Shown here: positions 50,765-60,526 of the stretch, one piece after another
Layout of the letters: the number at the start of each line of letters is the position of its first letter
How positions within the stretch are numbered: the stretch's first letter is position 1
Source of the DNA: Thermoplasmatota archaeon
Lineage (GTDB): Archaea; Thermoplasmatota; Penumbrarchaeia; Penumbrarchaeales; Penumbrarchaeaceae
Length of the DNA stretch: 64,000 bases
Assembly (NCBI GenBank): GCA_029762535.1
Contig: JARVGK010000005.1
Coordinates: 51,631 to 115,630, forward strand
Direction: 5' to 3'
Position numbers and translations under genes: made by a program
The notes under the pieces: model-generated
What the model saw: only the letters and a program-made list of their open reading frames with translations
Told to the model about the DNA's origin: nothing
The model's database searches: none

Positions 50765-51640
50765 TCAACCGTGATTGGAACCTTCCTTGATTATGCTCTC
50801 ATGGTCGAACGCGAGAGGAGGCAGGGAGAGAACGTCGAACCATCTTGCCTCGCTTGCATCGTCCCCTGCTTGTGGTTCGATATCATTTTCGACCTTTAGA
50901 TCGAAGACGATGGATATCACATGACCTCTTGGATCCCTACCTGGCATGGATCGAACCTGTTTAAGAATTGGAGATGTGCATACGACCCCTGTCTCCTCTA
51001 GCACCTCTCTTATTATCGTCTCTTCCGAGGATTCGTTGTATTCCATGAAACCCCCCGGAAACGCCCACATGTCTTTATAAGGCTCAGCCCCTCTCTTGAC
51101 AAGAAGTATTTCTCTTTTCCCATCTTTGTCCCTCGTGATCATGCCATCGACGGCGATCCGTGGAACTTTGATCTTTGGTAGTATCGATAGCTCGGACCTA
51201 TTCCTTATCAATCTATCTATATGATCGACCGTTCTCCTATAGTTGGACATGGCTACCTGTACATGCGATTCCACCAAGGTCCATGCGTTGGATAAGGAAG
51301 TATATCTTATCCTGTAACATTTTCTCGTCTTTCGAGATGGTCCTTTTTTGGCTCCTTCGTAAGGAACTATCACCTCATCAAGTATGTCCATTCCTTTTAG
51401 TTTGTTCAGATATCTGTATAAAGTGGACCTGTTCGCGTTCAAATGAGTCAGCAGTTCATCCACGGTCCATGGTTTTTCCGGATGCATAAGAAAACAATCG
51501 TTCATCAAACGAAAACCTACATCATCCTCTGATCCCTCGGGAAGATAGCCTATCTGCTTGAGAAAGGTCTTCAGGGCTGCTTCCATATCTTCCTCTGCCC
51601 CGAGAGGATTGTTCCTTACCACCCTGATCTCGAAAGCCAT
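50765..51640 (-). CDS. wHTH-Nudix hydrolase fusion
   Basis: N-terminal TVDELL..LNANRSTLYRYLNKL; C-terminal intact Nudix box GFMEYNESSEETIIREVLEETGV, RDPRG, AGDDA, LAFDH. Confidence 0.88.
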   Translation of the reverse strand: MAFEIRVVRNNPLGAEEDMEAALKTFLKQIGYLPEGSEDDVGFRLMNDCFLMHPEKPWTVDELLTHLNANRSTLYRYLNKLKGMDILDEVIVPYEGAKKGPSRKTRKCYRIRYTSLSNAWTLVESHVQVAMSNYRRTVDHIDRLIRNRSELSILPKIKVPRIAVDGMITRDKDGKREILLVKRGAEPYKDMWAFPGGFMEYNESSEETIIREVLEETGVVCTSPILKQVRSMPGRDPRGHVISIVFDLKVENDIEPQAGDDASEARWFDVLSLPPLAFDHESIIKEGSNHG

Positions 51641-51734
51641 TTCATTACCCTAACCCAAAAGCATCTTTTAAGATATAATGATTGACCATTCTTCAAAGGG
51701 GAAGATTAGATATAATGTAAACATTTGAGGTGTC

Positions 51735-52100
51735 ATGCCGAAGCGTACAAAGAAGGACGAAGAGGTTGTTACGCAGGATAATGAATCGGATCCCTTTCCA
51801 GATGTACATAAGGGCCCATTGAGGGACAGGAGCTTCGGATTGAGGGTTGATGATGATATTGAAGTACAGATCATCGCGGGTAATTCTCTAATCAGTATGA
51901 GAGGCAGGATCCTCTCATTGAAGGACGACCTCGAGATAGTTGATGAAGATGGATATTATCACAAGGTGGTAATGGATTGGATCGTTGATACCAAAGTGAT
52001 ACGTCATAACAGGCCTTCTCCGGAAAAAGACCCAGAGATGATAAGGAGGCCTCTGAAAGCCAAGCTTAAGAAACCGCTTGTCGATCACGCTTATTATTGA
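51735..52100 (+). CDS. Hypothetical protein, possible small beta-barrel (Sm/SH3-like)
   Basis: GAGGTG RBS; alternating beta-strand pattern. Confidence 0.6.
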   Translation: MPKRTKKDEEVVTQDNESDPFPDVHKGPLRDRSFGLRVDDDIEVQIIAGNSLISMRGRILSLKDDLEIVDEDGYYHKVVMDWIVDTKVIRHNRPSPEKDPEMIRRPLKAKLKKPLVDHAYY

Positions 52101-52193
52101 GCAAGTTTCCTTTCCGTTGGATCACTTCACTTATCGTCTAATCTCATATACAACGATAGTTAAGTTTATAGACTGTTCATCCTTACCCCTTTC

Positions 52194-52946
52194 ATGGTCC
52201 TTTACGAAGAAAAAACAATTGAGGACGTCAAGGATTCTATGTGGCTTGCAAGAGAGAGACTTGCAGAGAAGCTCGCCTCTGAGATCATTCTTTCTAAGAA
52301 CCCCTCCCAGACCTTCAGGTCCTGGAGGGACCAGTTTTCTGTCTCACAGCAGGACCTGGCTCAGGAGATTGGCGTATCTCCATCTCAACTATCCGATTAT
52401 GAGAAGGGTAGAAGGAAGAATCCTTCCCTGAACCTTATGAAGAGGATGATCGAGGGCCTTATCAAGCTGGACGTAAAAAGAGGGGCCAATACCATCAAGA
52501 AATACTCGATGGACCTTCAGGACGAGGCCATACTCGATATGGCAGAGTTCACGATCGGCGTAAATCCGAGCGTATTCATGGATGTGATACAAGGAACTCT
52601 TCAGAGCGGAACGGGCGATGATCAAGACGACTATATAAGGCGTCCCATACTGGGCTATTCGATAATAGACTCGATATTAGGAATATTGCGATTCTCGTCA
52701 CTTGATTATATGAGGATATACGGTAGGTCCACAGAGAGGGCGCTTCTCTTCACCAAGGTCGCTTATGGTAGGTCCCCAATGATAGCCGTAAGAGCTCACC
52801 CGATCAAACCCGCAATGGTAGTTTACATTCAACCGGAAAAGGTCGACCCTCTTGCTATAAAGCTTGCAAGACTTGAGAGGATACCATTGATAACCACTCA
52901 TCTTTCCGTTGATGATATCAGTAAGAGGTTACGAAAGCTGATATGA
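52194..52946 (+). CDS. XRE-HTH transcriptional regulator commonly upstream of archaeal HMG-CoA synthase
   Basis: SQQDLAQEIGVSPSQLSDYEKGRRKNP; GYSIIDS; GRSPMIAVR. Confidence 0.9.
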   Translation: MVLYEEKTIEDVKDSMWLARERLAEKLASEIILSKNPSQTFRSWRDQFSVSQQDLAQEIGVSPSQLSDYEKGRRKNPSLNLMKRMIEGLIKLDVKRGANTIKKYSMDLQDEAILDMAEFTIGVNPSVFMDVIQGTLQSGTGDDQDDYIRRPILGYSIIDSILGILRFSSLDYMRIYGRSTERALLFTKVAYGRSPMIAVRAHPIKPAMVVYIQPEKVDPLAIKLARLERIPLITTHLSVDDISKRLRKLI

Positions 52947-52958
52947 GGAGGAATATGA

Positions 52959-54023
52959 TTGAAAGCAGGGATCGTGAGCTATGGCATATACATACCAAGG
53001 TATAGGATAACTCCTGCCTCCATTGGTGCGGTTTGGGGACAGGACGGGAACTCAATGGGGAAAGCGCTGGGTATAGAATCCAAAAGCGTACCCGCCCCGG
53101 ATGAGGATGCGGCCACAATAGCAGTTGAATCGGCAAGGAGGATGCTCAGAAGGGTACGAGTAGATCCGTCAAGGATAGGTGCGATATTCGTAGGCAGCGA
53201 ATCTCATCCGTATGCTGTCAAACCGACGGCTACGATCGTTGGAGAGGCCATCGGTGCCACTCCGGTAATGACCGCCGCGGATTTCGAATTCGCCTGCAAG
53301 GCAGGAACGGCCGCGATACAGGCCTGCCTTGGATTGGTTCACATGGATGACAATGTCATGCCCATGGATTATGCCCTTGCCATAGGTTCGGATACCTCTC
53401 AAGGAGCACCGGGAAATGCTCTGGAATACTCGGCATCCGCGGGAGGGGTGTCCTTTCTAATTGGAAAGGACGATGTCATAGCGAAGATAGACCATTCGAT
53501 CTCGATAACGACCGACACTCCAGATTTCTGGAGAAGGGAGGGGATGAAATACCCTTCTCACGCTGAAAGGTTCACAGGTGTTCCGGCATATTTCAAGCAT
53601 GTGGAGATGTGCGCTAGTAAGGTCATGGAGAATATGGGAACGAAACCAGGAGATTACGATTATGCCGTATTCCATCAACCGAATGGAAAATTCCCAGTAA
53701 ACGTTGCAAGGAAACTGGGATTCACCTCCGAAAAGATAGCTCCTGGTTTGTGGACACCCAGGATCGGCAATACCTATTCTGCTTCCATGATGATGGGGTT
53801 AGCTGGCATCCTGGATGTGGCAAAGCCCAATGATCTGATACTTGGGGTATCATACGGTTCCGGTGCAGGTTCCGATGGTTTTCACATAGAGATAACCGAT
53901 GCGATAGAGGATTTCAACAGATCGGCCTCTCCTCTGGTAGCGGATGAGGCAGGACTTGGAATGGATATAGATTACGCGACATACCTGAAATTTAGGAAGA
54001 AGATAAAGATGGAGGGGGAATGA
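52959..54023 (+). CDS. Hydroxymethylglutaryl-CoA synthase
   Basis: GSESHPYAVKP, EFACKAGT, FHQPNGKF, IGNTYS, SYGSGAGSD. Confidence 0.95.
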   Translation: MKAGIVSYGIYIPRYRITPASIGAVWGQDGNSMGKALGIESKSVPAPDEDAATIAVESARRMLRRVRVDPSRIGAIFVGSESHPYAVKPTATIVGEAIGATPVMTAADFEFACKAGTAAIQACLGLVHMDDNVMPMDYALAIGSDTSQGAPGNALEYSASAGGVSFLIGKDDVIAKIDHSISITTDTPDFWRREGMKYPSHAERFTGVPAYFKHVEMCASKVMENMGTKPGDYDYAVFHQPNGKFPVNVARKLGFTSEKIAPGLWTPRIGNTYSASMMMGLAGILDVAKPNDLILGVSYGSGAGSDGFHIEITDAIEDFNRSASPLVADEAGLGMDIDYATYLKFRKKIKMEGE

Positions 54024-55201
54024 GAATGACTCTATCCAGGGAAGTTGCGGTGATCGGTATAGGGCAGACGAAATTCGGTGAGATATGGCACAAGTCCTTC
54101 AGGGAGATCGGCATCGAGGCGGGTTTAAGAGCCATACAGGACGCCGGTATCGAATCCAGCAAGGTGGATTCGATCTACATCGGGAACATGTCCGCAGGTT
54201 TGTTCCTTGACCAGGAACATGTGGCTTCCATGATAGCAGAGGAGGTCGGCCTCACAAAGGACAGCGTTCCAGCGACAAGGGTGGAAGCGGCTGATGCATC
54301 CGGAGGCCTTGCCTTTCGCCAGGCGATCCTGGATATCTCATCCGGAATGAGCGATATCGTCGTCGTCGGAGGGGCAGAGAAGATGTCGGATGTAACTTCA
54401 CAGATCGCAACCTATTTCACGGCGGCCGGGGCCGATCAATCATGGGAATCGCTCTTTGGGGCCACAATTCCTTCGCTTTATGCGCTGATGGCGAGAAAAC
54501 ACATGCATGATTTTGGAACGACCAGGGAGCAATTGGGTTTGGTATCGGTTAAGAACCACCGTAATGGCTCGCTGAATCCGGATGCGCAATTCCAGAAGGA
54601 GATCACCCTTGAACAGGTTCTAAAGGCAGGACCGGTATCAACTCCTTTGGGTGTTTTCGATTGTGCTCCCATATCGGATGGTGCCGCTGCCATAGTCCTG
54701 GCCGAACTTGACCTCGCTAGGGAGTTATGTACGAACCCAATAAAGGTCTCGGGGACCGGACAGGGGTCTGATTCCCTATCCATAGCGAACAGGACCGAAT
54801 TGACGGGATTGAAAGCCACTAGAGCAGCTTCGAAGAGGGCCTATGAGATGGCAGGAATAAACCCTTCAGAGATATCGGTTGCTGAGGTCCATGACTCATG
54901 CACGATAGGCGAGATCATGGCGATAGAGGACCTAGGTTTCTTTGAAAAAGGGGACGGGGGTCCAGCCACGGAGAGGGGTGATACCTCCTTGGAAGGAATA
55001 ATATCCATCAATACATCCGGCGGACTTAAGGCCAGAGGCCATCCTCTCGGAGCTACGGGTATCGCCCAGATCAACGAGATCGTCCTTCAGTTGAGGGGTA
55101 TGGCTGGAAAAAGACAAGTGAAAGACCCATTATACGGGCTCGCCCAGAACGTTGGAGGAACGGGCGGGACAGTTATAGTGCACATTCTGGAGGCGATCTG
55201 A
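54020..55201 (+). CDS. Acetyl-CoA acetyltransferase (archaeal thiolase)
   Basis: KNH, DCAPISDGAAA, EVHDS, NTSGGLKARGHPLGATG, NVGG; between HMGCS and DUF35. Confidence 0.92.
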   Translation: MRMTLSREVAVIGIGQTKFGEIWHKSFREIGIEAGLRAIQDAGIESSKVDSIYIGNMSAGLFLDQEHVASMIAEEVGLTKDSVPATRVEAADASGGLAFRQAILDISSGMSDIVVVGGAEKMSDVTSQIATYFTAAGADQSWESLFGATIPSLYALMARKHMHDFGTTREQLGLVSVKNHRNGSLNPDAQFQKEITLEQVLKAGPVSTPLGVFDCAPISDGAAAIVLAELDLARELCTNPIKVSGTGQGSDSLSIANRTELTGLKATRAASKRAYEMAGINPSEISVAEVHDSCTIGEIMAIEDLGFFEKGDGGPATERGDTSLEGIISINTSGGLKARGHPLGATGIAQINEIVLQLRGMAGKRQVKDPLYGLAQNVGGTGGTVIVHILEAI

Positions 55202-55614
55202 TGGCGGTAGCTAGATATTGGAGGCAGCAGGAACAGCGTTATTCACTTGCCGGCAGCAAATGCGCAATATGTAACGGATCATTCTTTCCCAAGAGGACGA
55301 TATGCCCAACCTGCCATAGAAGATCAATAGGAAAGATGGAAAAGTTCCTTTTTTCAGGAAAGGGCAAGGTGGTCACGTATACGATCGTTCACGATCCGAT
55401 CATAAGCTACGCCGATCAATCTCCATATGTACTAGCGGTGATTGCCCTTGAAGAGGGTGATCTTGTCCTGGGCCAGATAGTGGATTGTGATCCAAGGATC
55501 GTTGATATCGACTTGGATGTTGAAATGGTATTTAGAAGGCTTTCCGCGGAAGGTGCTTCCGGTACCATCCAGTATGGTTTCAAATTCAGGTTGATGGATG
55601 TAGGTTCTAGTTAG
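55201..55614 (+). CDS. DUF35 Zn-ribbon/OB-fold scaffold of the thiolase-HMGCS complex
   Basis: CAIC...FPKR.ICPTC, GKVVTYTIV, YGFKF. Confidence 0.92.
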   Translation: MAVARYWRQQEQRYSLAGSKCAICNGSFFPKRTICPTCHRRSIGKMEKFLFSGKGKVVTYTIVHDPIISYADQSPYVLAVIALEEGDLVLGQIVDCDPRIVDIDLDVEMVFRRLSAEGASGTIQYGFKFRLMDVGSS

Positions 55615-55661
55615 TTTTAAACATGTGGATAAGTTTACGTTTATTTCGTGGAGGCCGCATC

Positions 55662-57323
55662 ATGGATAACGAGGATGTAAGCGATCAGGATAATATAACT
55701 CCCGAAGAACTGGATACCAAATGGCATTTCGTACCCCCGGCGGGAGATAGGCCGATATACAGCAAATGGAAGTTCATCCTTGGGATATTCCTGGTCTTTC
55801 TTGTGGAATTGATCATCTGGGCGGCCTACAGATGGGTTTCGGCTCCGATATATGGACAATTCGGCTCCTTAACATTTTATCTTGGCCATATCATATTCGC
55901 ACCACTGATACATCTTACTCCTATCCTCATCTACTGGAAGTTCATAAGAAAGGAAAGGATGTTGAAAAAGGAGGATTGGGACGGGGAGAAGAACATGAGC
56001 ATCAACATCGGCCCGTTCAAATTAACAAGAAGGCTTCTTTTCACAGCGGTCCTCGTAGGATTGTTCGGAGGGATCGTATGGAGGGTCACGGAGATGCTCG
56101 TGAGCGATGTCTTCACCGTGATGTTCGGCGGAGCTCAAGCTGGACAGATAAACCTCTTTAACGTCTACGGAACAAATCAGTTCGGTATATTCATTCTCAT
56201 GACCTTCGTCATGTTCTTCATAGTCGGTCCGGTAGAGGAGTTTCAGTTCAGATCATTCGTTCACGATCAGAGTGCGAGGGTCCTTCCGATGTGGCAGGCC
56301 TTGATATTCTCTTCTGTACTATTCGGACTATCGCATGTCCCTATAGCTATTTTCATTTACAAGCTGCCCTTCATCGATCTTGTCGTTGCCGAGATCAGCT
56401 GGATGACCGCTGGAGCGGTATTCGGTGCCCTCTACATGTGGTCAAGGAACATATTCGCATGCATTGTGATGCACGGTATCGGCAACTGGCAGCTCTCAAC
56501 CTTCTGGATACAATCTACCACAAGCGGCACAGGGCTAAATCATACATCTTATCTCATCGTATCCGTACTCGTATCTATCTTCGCCAATGCGATCCTCATC
56601 GGACTTTTCTATCTCGTACACAAGTTCTACTGGGAACCCCACAGGAGAGGACAACCCGCTTTCGGTGGTAAGCTCATGAGCCTTCAAAAGGCATTCTTCT
56701 CCCACGACGTAGGAGAGAGACAAACGCTTAGCACATCCGGGATCCTCTCTGTGATAACAATTCTAACGCTGGTAGTTCTTGCAACGGGAGCGAGCGTTCT
56801 GGGAACGGACGATTTCTCCCTGCTTGGGCCCCAATCCGATCGAGATAAGGTTCCTTTGAACCCATTATTCGATTACACGGCTCGAATGGAGATCATTCCG
56901 AAAGTGAACACGGTGAACCTGGGACAGGAAGATCCTGAAAGGATCACAACAAGCGCTTTTACACTGATATCGTCATTGAACGTCACTTTGAGTTGGGAAG
57001 ATGAGCCCGATATGGTACGGTTCGGAAGGACATATACGAATCAACCGGATACCTTCAGGGTGACCATCACCGGGCCGAACGTATCGGTCGAAGAACAGGC
57101 CTCCAATCCCATACACGGTGAAGGACTTATAGAGCTCGGAGTCATTATTCCAGTTGATGAAATACTTGCTCAAAGCAACAATACCGAGTTCGTTGTAACG
57201 GTAACCCTGGTAGAATCTGGCATGTATGCTCCGCGGATCGGGATAATCGGTTATACAGATAATGTAAACTCATACGAGATGGAGATAGAGGTCACTTACC
57301 TGGAAAAGGAAATCGAGAGTTGA
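55662..57323 (+). CDS. CPBP/Abi (CAAX protease-like) intramembrane metalloprotease with C-terminal extracellular domain
   Basis: EEFQFR, FGLSH, MHGIGN; GGAGG RBS before ATG 55662. Confidence 0.88.
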   Translation: MDNEDVSDQDNITPEELDTKWHFVPPAGDRPIYSKWKFILGIFLVFLVELIIWAAYRWVSAPIYGQFGSLTFYLGHIIFAPLIHLTPILIYWKFIRKERMLKKEDWDGEKNMSINIGPFKLTRRLLFTAVLVGLFGGIVWRVTEMLVSDVFTVMFGGAQAGQINLFNVYGTNQFGIFILMTFVMFFIVGPVEEFQFRSFVHDQSARVLPMWQALIFSSVLFGLSHVPIAIFIYKLPFIDLVVAEISWMTAGAVFGALYMWSRNIFACIVMHGIGNWQLSTFWIQSTTSGTGLNHTSYLIVSVLVSIFANAILIGLFYLVHKFYWEPHRRGQPAFGGKLMSLQKAFFSHDVGERQTLSTSGILSVITILTLVVLATGASVLGTDDFSLLGPQSDRDKVPLNPLFDYTARMEIIPKVNTVNLGQEDPERITTSAFTLISSLNVTLSWEDEPDMVRFGRTYTNQPDTFRVTITGPNVSVEEQASNPIHGEGLIELGVIIPVDEILAQSNNTEFVVTVTLVESGMYAPRIGIIGYTDNVNSYEMEIEVTYLEKEIES

Positions 57324-57365
57324 GATCATTATCCTTGATATCATTAACAAAAAACAGGTGATGAT

Positions 57366-59420
57366 TTGCCATCCAAACCATTGCGTAAACACCTACTGCC
57401 TTTTGAAGGAGAACTACCGCCGATCCAGAATTTCGAAGAAAGTGGGGACAGGGCTCCCAAGAGGATATCTGACCTGAGTGCAGATGACATATTCCTCTCC
57501 GTCAGAAACGCACTCAGATACATAGAACCCATATTCCATGAGATCATGGTTCCTGAGTTAATCGAGGAATTGAGAAGTAGGGGCAGGATATATGGATACA
57601 GGTTCCGACCTGCAAAGCGGATCATAGCCGGGACATTGGATGATCATCCAGGAAGGACATTGTCAGGCCGCGCGATCCAGCTGATGATAGATAACAATCT
57701 CGATCCGGACGTCGCTTTGTTCCCATATGAGCTCGTAACGTACGGATCAACAGGTCAGGTCTGTCAGAACTGGATGCAGTATCGCTTGATAATGAGGTAT
57801 CTGAGCGAAATGAAGGATGATCAGACCCTTGTCGTGATGTCCGGACATCCTCTCGGTCTTTTTCCTTCAAGACCGGAGGCGCCCAGAGTGATAATGACCA
57901 ATGGGATCCTCGTTGGAGAATATGATAATCAGTTATCGTTCAACCGCGCTGCCGCCCTTGGAGTATCGAATTACGGTCAGATGACAGCCGGAGGCTGGAT
58001 GTATATCGGCCCACAGGGGATCGTTCACGGGACATACATTACCTTACTGAACGCAGGCAGGAGATACCTTGGATTGCGTAATGAGGAGGACTTGGGAGGA
58101 AAGCTGTTCATCACGTCCGGACTTGGAGGGATGTCTGGAGCCCAGGCCAAGGCCATAGAGATCGCGGGCGGAATAGGGATCATAGCCGAGGTAAATGACA
58201 AGCAGACCTTCAAGAGGCATTCTCAGGGTTGGGTCTCCAGGGTTTCTGAAGATCTTCATGAGATATTCTCTTGGGTAGATAAGGCCAGAACCACAAAGAC
58301 GCCTCAATCTATTGCATACAGGGGTAATATAGTAGATCTCTGGCAGTATGTTCTCGACAACGATATCAAGGTCGATCTTGGGTCCGATCAGACCTCATGC
58401 CATGCTGTCTATGATGGAGGCTATACACCCCAAGGCCTCAGTTACGTTGAGGCCATGGGAGATCCTGACAATGGGAAAGTGGGGATGATAAACACCGACA
58501 ATCGCAGGTTCAGGGATATGGTAGATGTCTCTTTAAAAAAGCAATATCATCTAATAAAGACCCTGACTGAAAAGGGCATGCATTTCTGGGACTACGGGAA
58601 TTCCTTCATGAAGTCCGTACTCGACTCCGGAGAGAGCTCCATCGCCTTGAACCCTTCGAATCCTGCTGCAGGGTTCATATTCCCCTCTTATCTGGAGGAT
58701 CTCATGGGGCCGATGGTCTTCGATCTGGGTTATGGGCCCTTCAGATGGATATGTCTATCCGGAAAACAGGAGGATCTCGACAGGACAGACGAAGCGGCCA
58801 TGAACTGTATAGATCCCCATAGGTCCTCTCAGGACAGGGATAATCACAGATGGATCAGAGAGGCCAGAAAGAACGATCTGGTGGTTGGCTCCAAGGCCAG
58901 GATACTATACCAGAACGCCGAAGGAAGGGTGAAAATAGCCCTAAAATTCAACGATATGGTGAGAAATGGGGAGATAGGACCGGTCATGATCGGAAGGGAC
59001 CATCACGATCCGGGCGGTACCGACTCACCTTACAGAGAGACGGCCAACATCAAGGACGGATCCAACATAACCGGAGACATGGCCGTTCACTGCTTCGCGG
59101 GTAACGTTGCCCGTGGTATGACAATGGTCGTCATATCAAACGGTGGCGGGGTGGGTATTGGAAGGGCGTTCAATTCTGGTTACGGCCTCGTGCTGGACGG
59201 GTCCGACAGGGTCGATTCCGTCATAAGGTCCGCACTGGAATGGGATGTGATGATCGGTGTATCGAGGCGCTCTTGGGCCCGTAATCAAGGGTCCATGGAC
59301 GTGGTGGAGGCCTGGAACAGATCCAATGAGAATAGGGGACATATTACCCTGCCAGCATTGACGGATGAGAGGATAGAGAAACTTATATCAGAACTCGTTC
59401 AGAACTCTACCTTCTCATAG
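57366..59420 (+). CDS. hutU: Urocanate hydratase (long, ~680-aa type)
   Basis: NNLDPDVA, YGQMTAGGWMYIGPQGIVHGT, GLGGMSGAQ, SDQTSCH, GRDHHD, NGGGVG. Confidence 0.95.
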   Translation: MPSKPLRKHLLPFEGELPPIQNFEESGDRAPKRISDLSADDIFLSVRNALRYIEPIFHEIMVPELIEELRSRGRIYGYRFRPAKRIIAGTLDDHPGRTLSGRAIQLMIDNNLDPDVALFPYELVTYGSTGQVCQNWMQYRLIMRYLSEMKDDQTLVVMSGHPLGLFPSRPEAPRVIMTNGILVGEYDNQLSFNRAAALGVSNYGQMTAGGWMYIGPQGIVHGTYITLLNAGRRYLGLRNEEDLGGKLFITSGLGGMSGAQAKAIEIAGGIGIIAEVNDKQTFKRHSQGWVSRVSEDLHEIFSWVDKARTTKTPQSIAYRGNIVDLWQYVLDNDIKVDLGSDQTSCHAVYDGGYTPQGLSYVEAMGDPDNGKVGMINTDNRRFRDMVDVSLKKQYHLIKTLTEKGMHFWDYGNSFMKSVLDSGESSIALNPSNPAAGFIFPSYLEDLMGPMVFDLGYGPFRWICLSGKQEDLDRTDEAAMNCIDPHRSSQDRDNHRWIREARKNDLVVGSKARILYQNAEGRVKIALKFNDMVRNGEIGPVMIGRDHHDPGGTDSPYRETANIKDGSNITGDMAVHCFAGNVARGMTMVVISNGGGVGIGRAFNSGYGLVLDGSDRVDSVIRSALEWDVMIGVSRRSWARNQGSMDVVEAWNRSNENRGHITLPALTDERIEKLISELVQNSTFS

Positions 59421-60448
59421 ATCATGTCCTCTATTACAGATCCTTTTTTCATGTCTTTCTCTATGTTCTTGAGCGCAAGTATTCTCTTGAAGGTCGGAGG
59501 ATGGGTCGAAAGCAATACGCCGAACCGGTCCCATGCCGATGTGTTGGATTCGTCCGACATAGCGATCTCCAGCTCCTTCTGGTCTATCACTCCGTCTCCA
59601 TCCAGATCATATTTTTGCTTGTTCCTTGAGATCCTTTCTATCTCTTTATGAGCGTTCTGAACATTTCCGATATAGAAAGCCCGGGCAGCTTCGCGGCTTT
59701 TGATCTCCGGAGGAGCGAGTGATAGGCCGTATGTTATCTTTGAAAGTGCCGAGGAAAGTGAGTGCGGATCCCCGGTCGCGAAGGCGGAATAAGCATCAGC
59801 GTAGAACTCCCTTATACGGGAAAGCCGCTTGACAAGCAGCATGCTCATAAAATAGATCACTGCGGAGATCAATCCTATAAGGAGCATAGCCAATATGACC
59901 TGGCCAGCGCCCTTACCTCTCCCCACCCTCATGAAACGCATGTACAGAAGCATCCTCATTCCCATATATGCTATGGCTGGTACGGCCGAAAGTATGGTCA
60001 TGTACATAGCATCCCTGTGCTTTATATGTCCTATCTCGTGAGCAAGAACACCTCTTATCTCATCATCGTTCAATTGGTCCATAAGGCCTCGATGGACTGC
60101 AAGGGTCGATCCTTTCTGTGTCAGTCCGTAGACGAATGCATTGGGTGTCGGATCATCAACGATCCCGAGCCTGGGCATAGGTATCCCTGCCTGTTCGGAA
60201 AGGGCCTTCACTTCCCTTTCAAGGAAAGGTATCTCACCTTCTCCAAGATGCCTTACCCTCGATACCCATCCTATTATGGTTGAGGATATGAGTATCTGTA
60301 TGGTCATGATGATAAGGAAAATCACGAGCATTGTTATGAAATCCAGTCCGATGATCAACCCTACGATCGCAACGAAAGCCGCGAATACAAGGAACATCAT
60401 ACCCACGAAAAAGTAGCAGTTCAGTTTCAGGGTGGAGAGATAAGCCAT
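59399..60448 (-). CDS. htpX: HtpX-like M48 zinc metalloprotease with EF-hand-like insert
   Basis: PNAF, AHEIGH, LSRIREFYAD, STHPP; insert DLDGDGVIDQKE. Confidence 0.92.
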   Translation of the reverse strand: MAYLSTLKLNCYFFVGMMFLVFAAFVAIVGLIIGLDFITMLVIFLIIMTIQILISSTIIGWVSRVRHLGEGEIPFLEREVKALSEQAGIPMPRLGIVDDPTPNAFVYGLTQKGSTLAVHRGLMDQLNDDEIRGVLAHEIGHIKHRDAMYMTILSAVPAIAYMGMRMLLYMRFMRVGRGKGAGQVILAMLLIGLISAVIYFMSMLLVKRLSRIREFYADAYSAFATGDPHSLSSALSKITYGLSLAPPEIKSREAARAFYIGNVQNAHKEIERISRNKQKYDLDGDGVIDQKELEIAMSDESNTSAWDRFGVLLSTHPPTFKRILALKNIEKDMKKGSVIEDMIYEKVEF

Positions 60449-60526
60449 GGACGGTCATTATCTAATGGATATTTAATTATTGATGAGTATCGTTATACCT
60501 TACTGAGATCAATATAGGGTTATATC

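Noticed and set aside
52194-55614. HTH-HMGCS-thiolase-DUF35 cluster as a novel system
   Set aside because: A well-known conserved archaeal mevalonate-entry cluster; only the thiolase active-site change is flagged.
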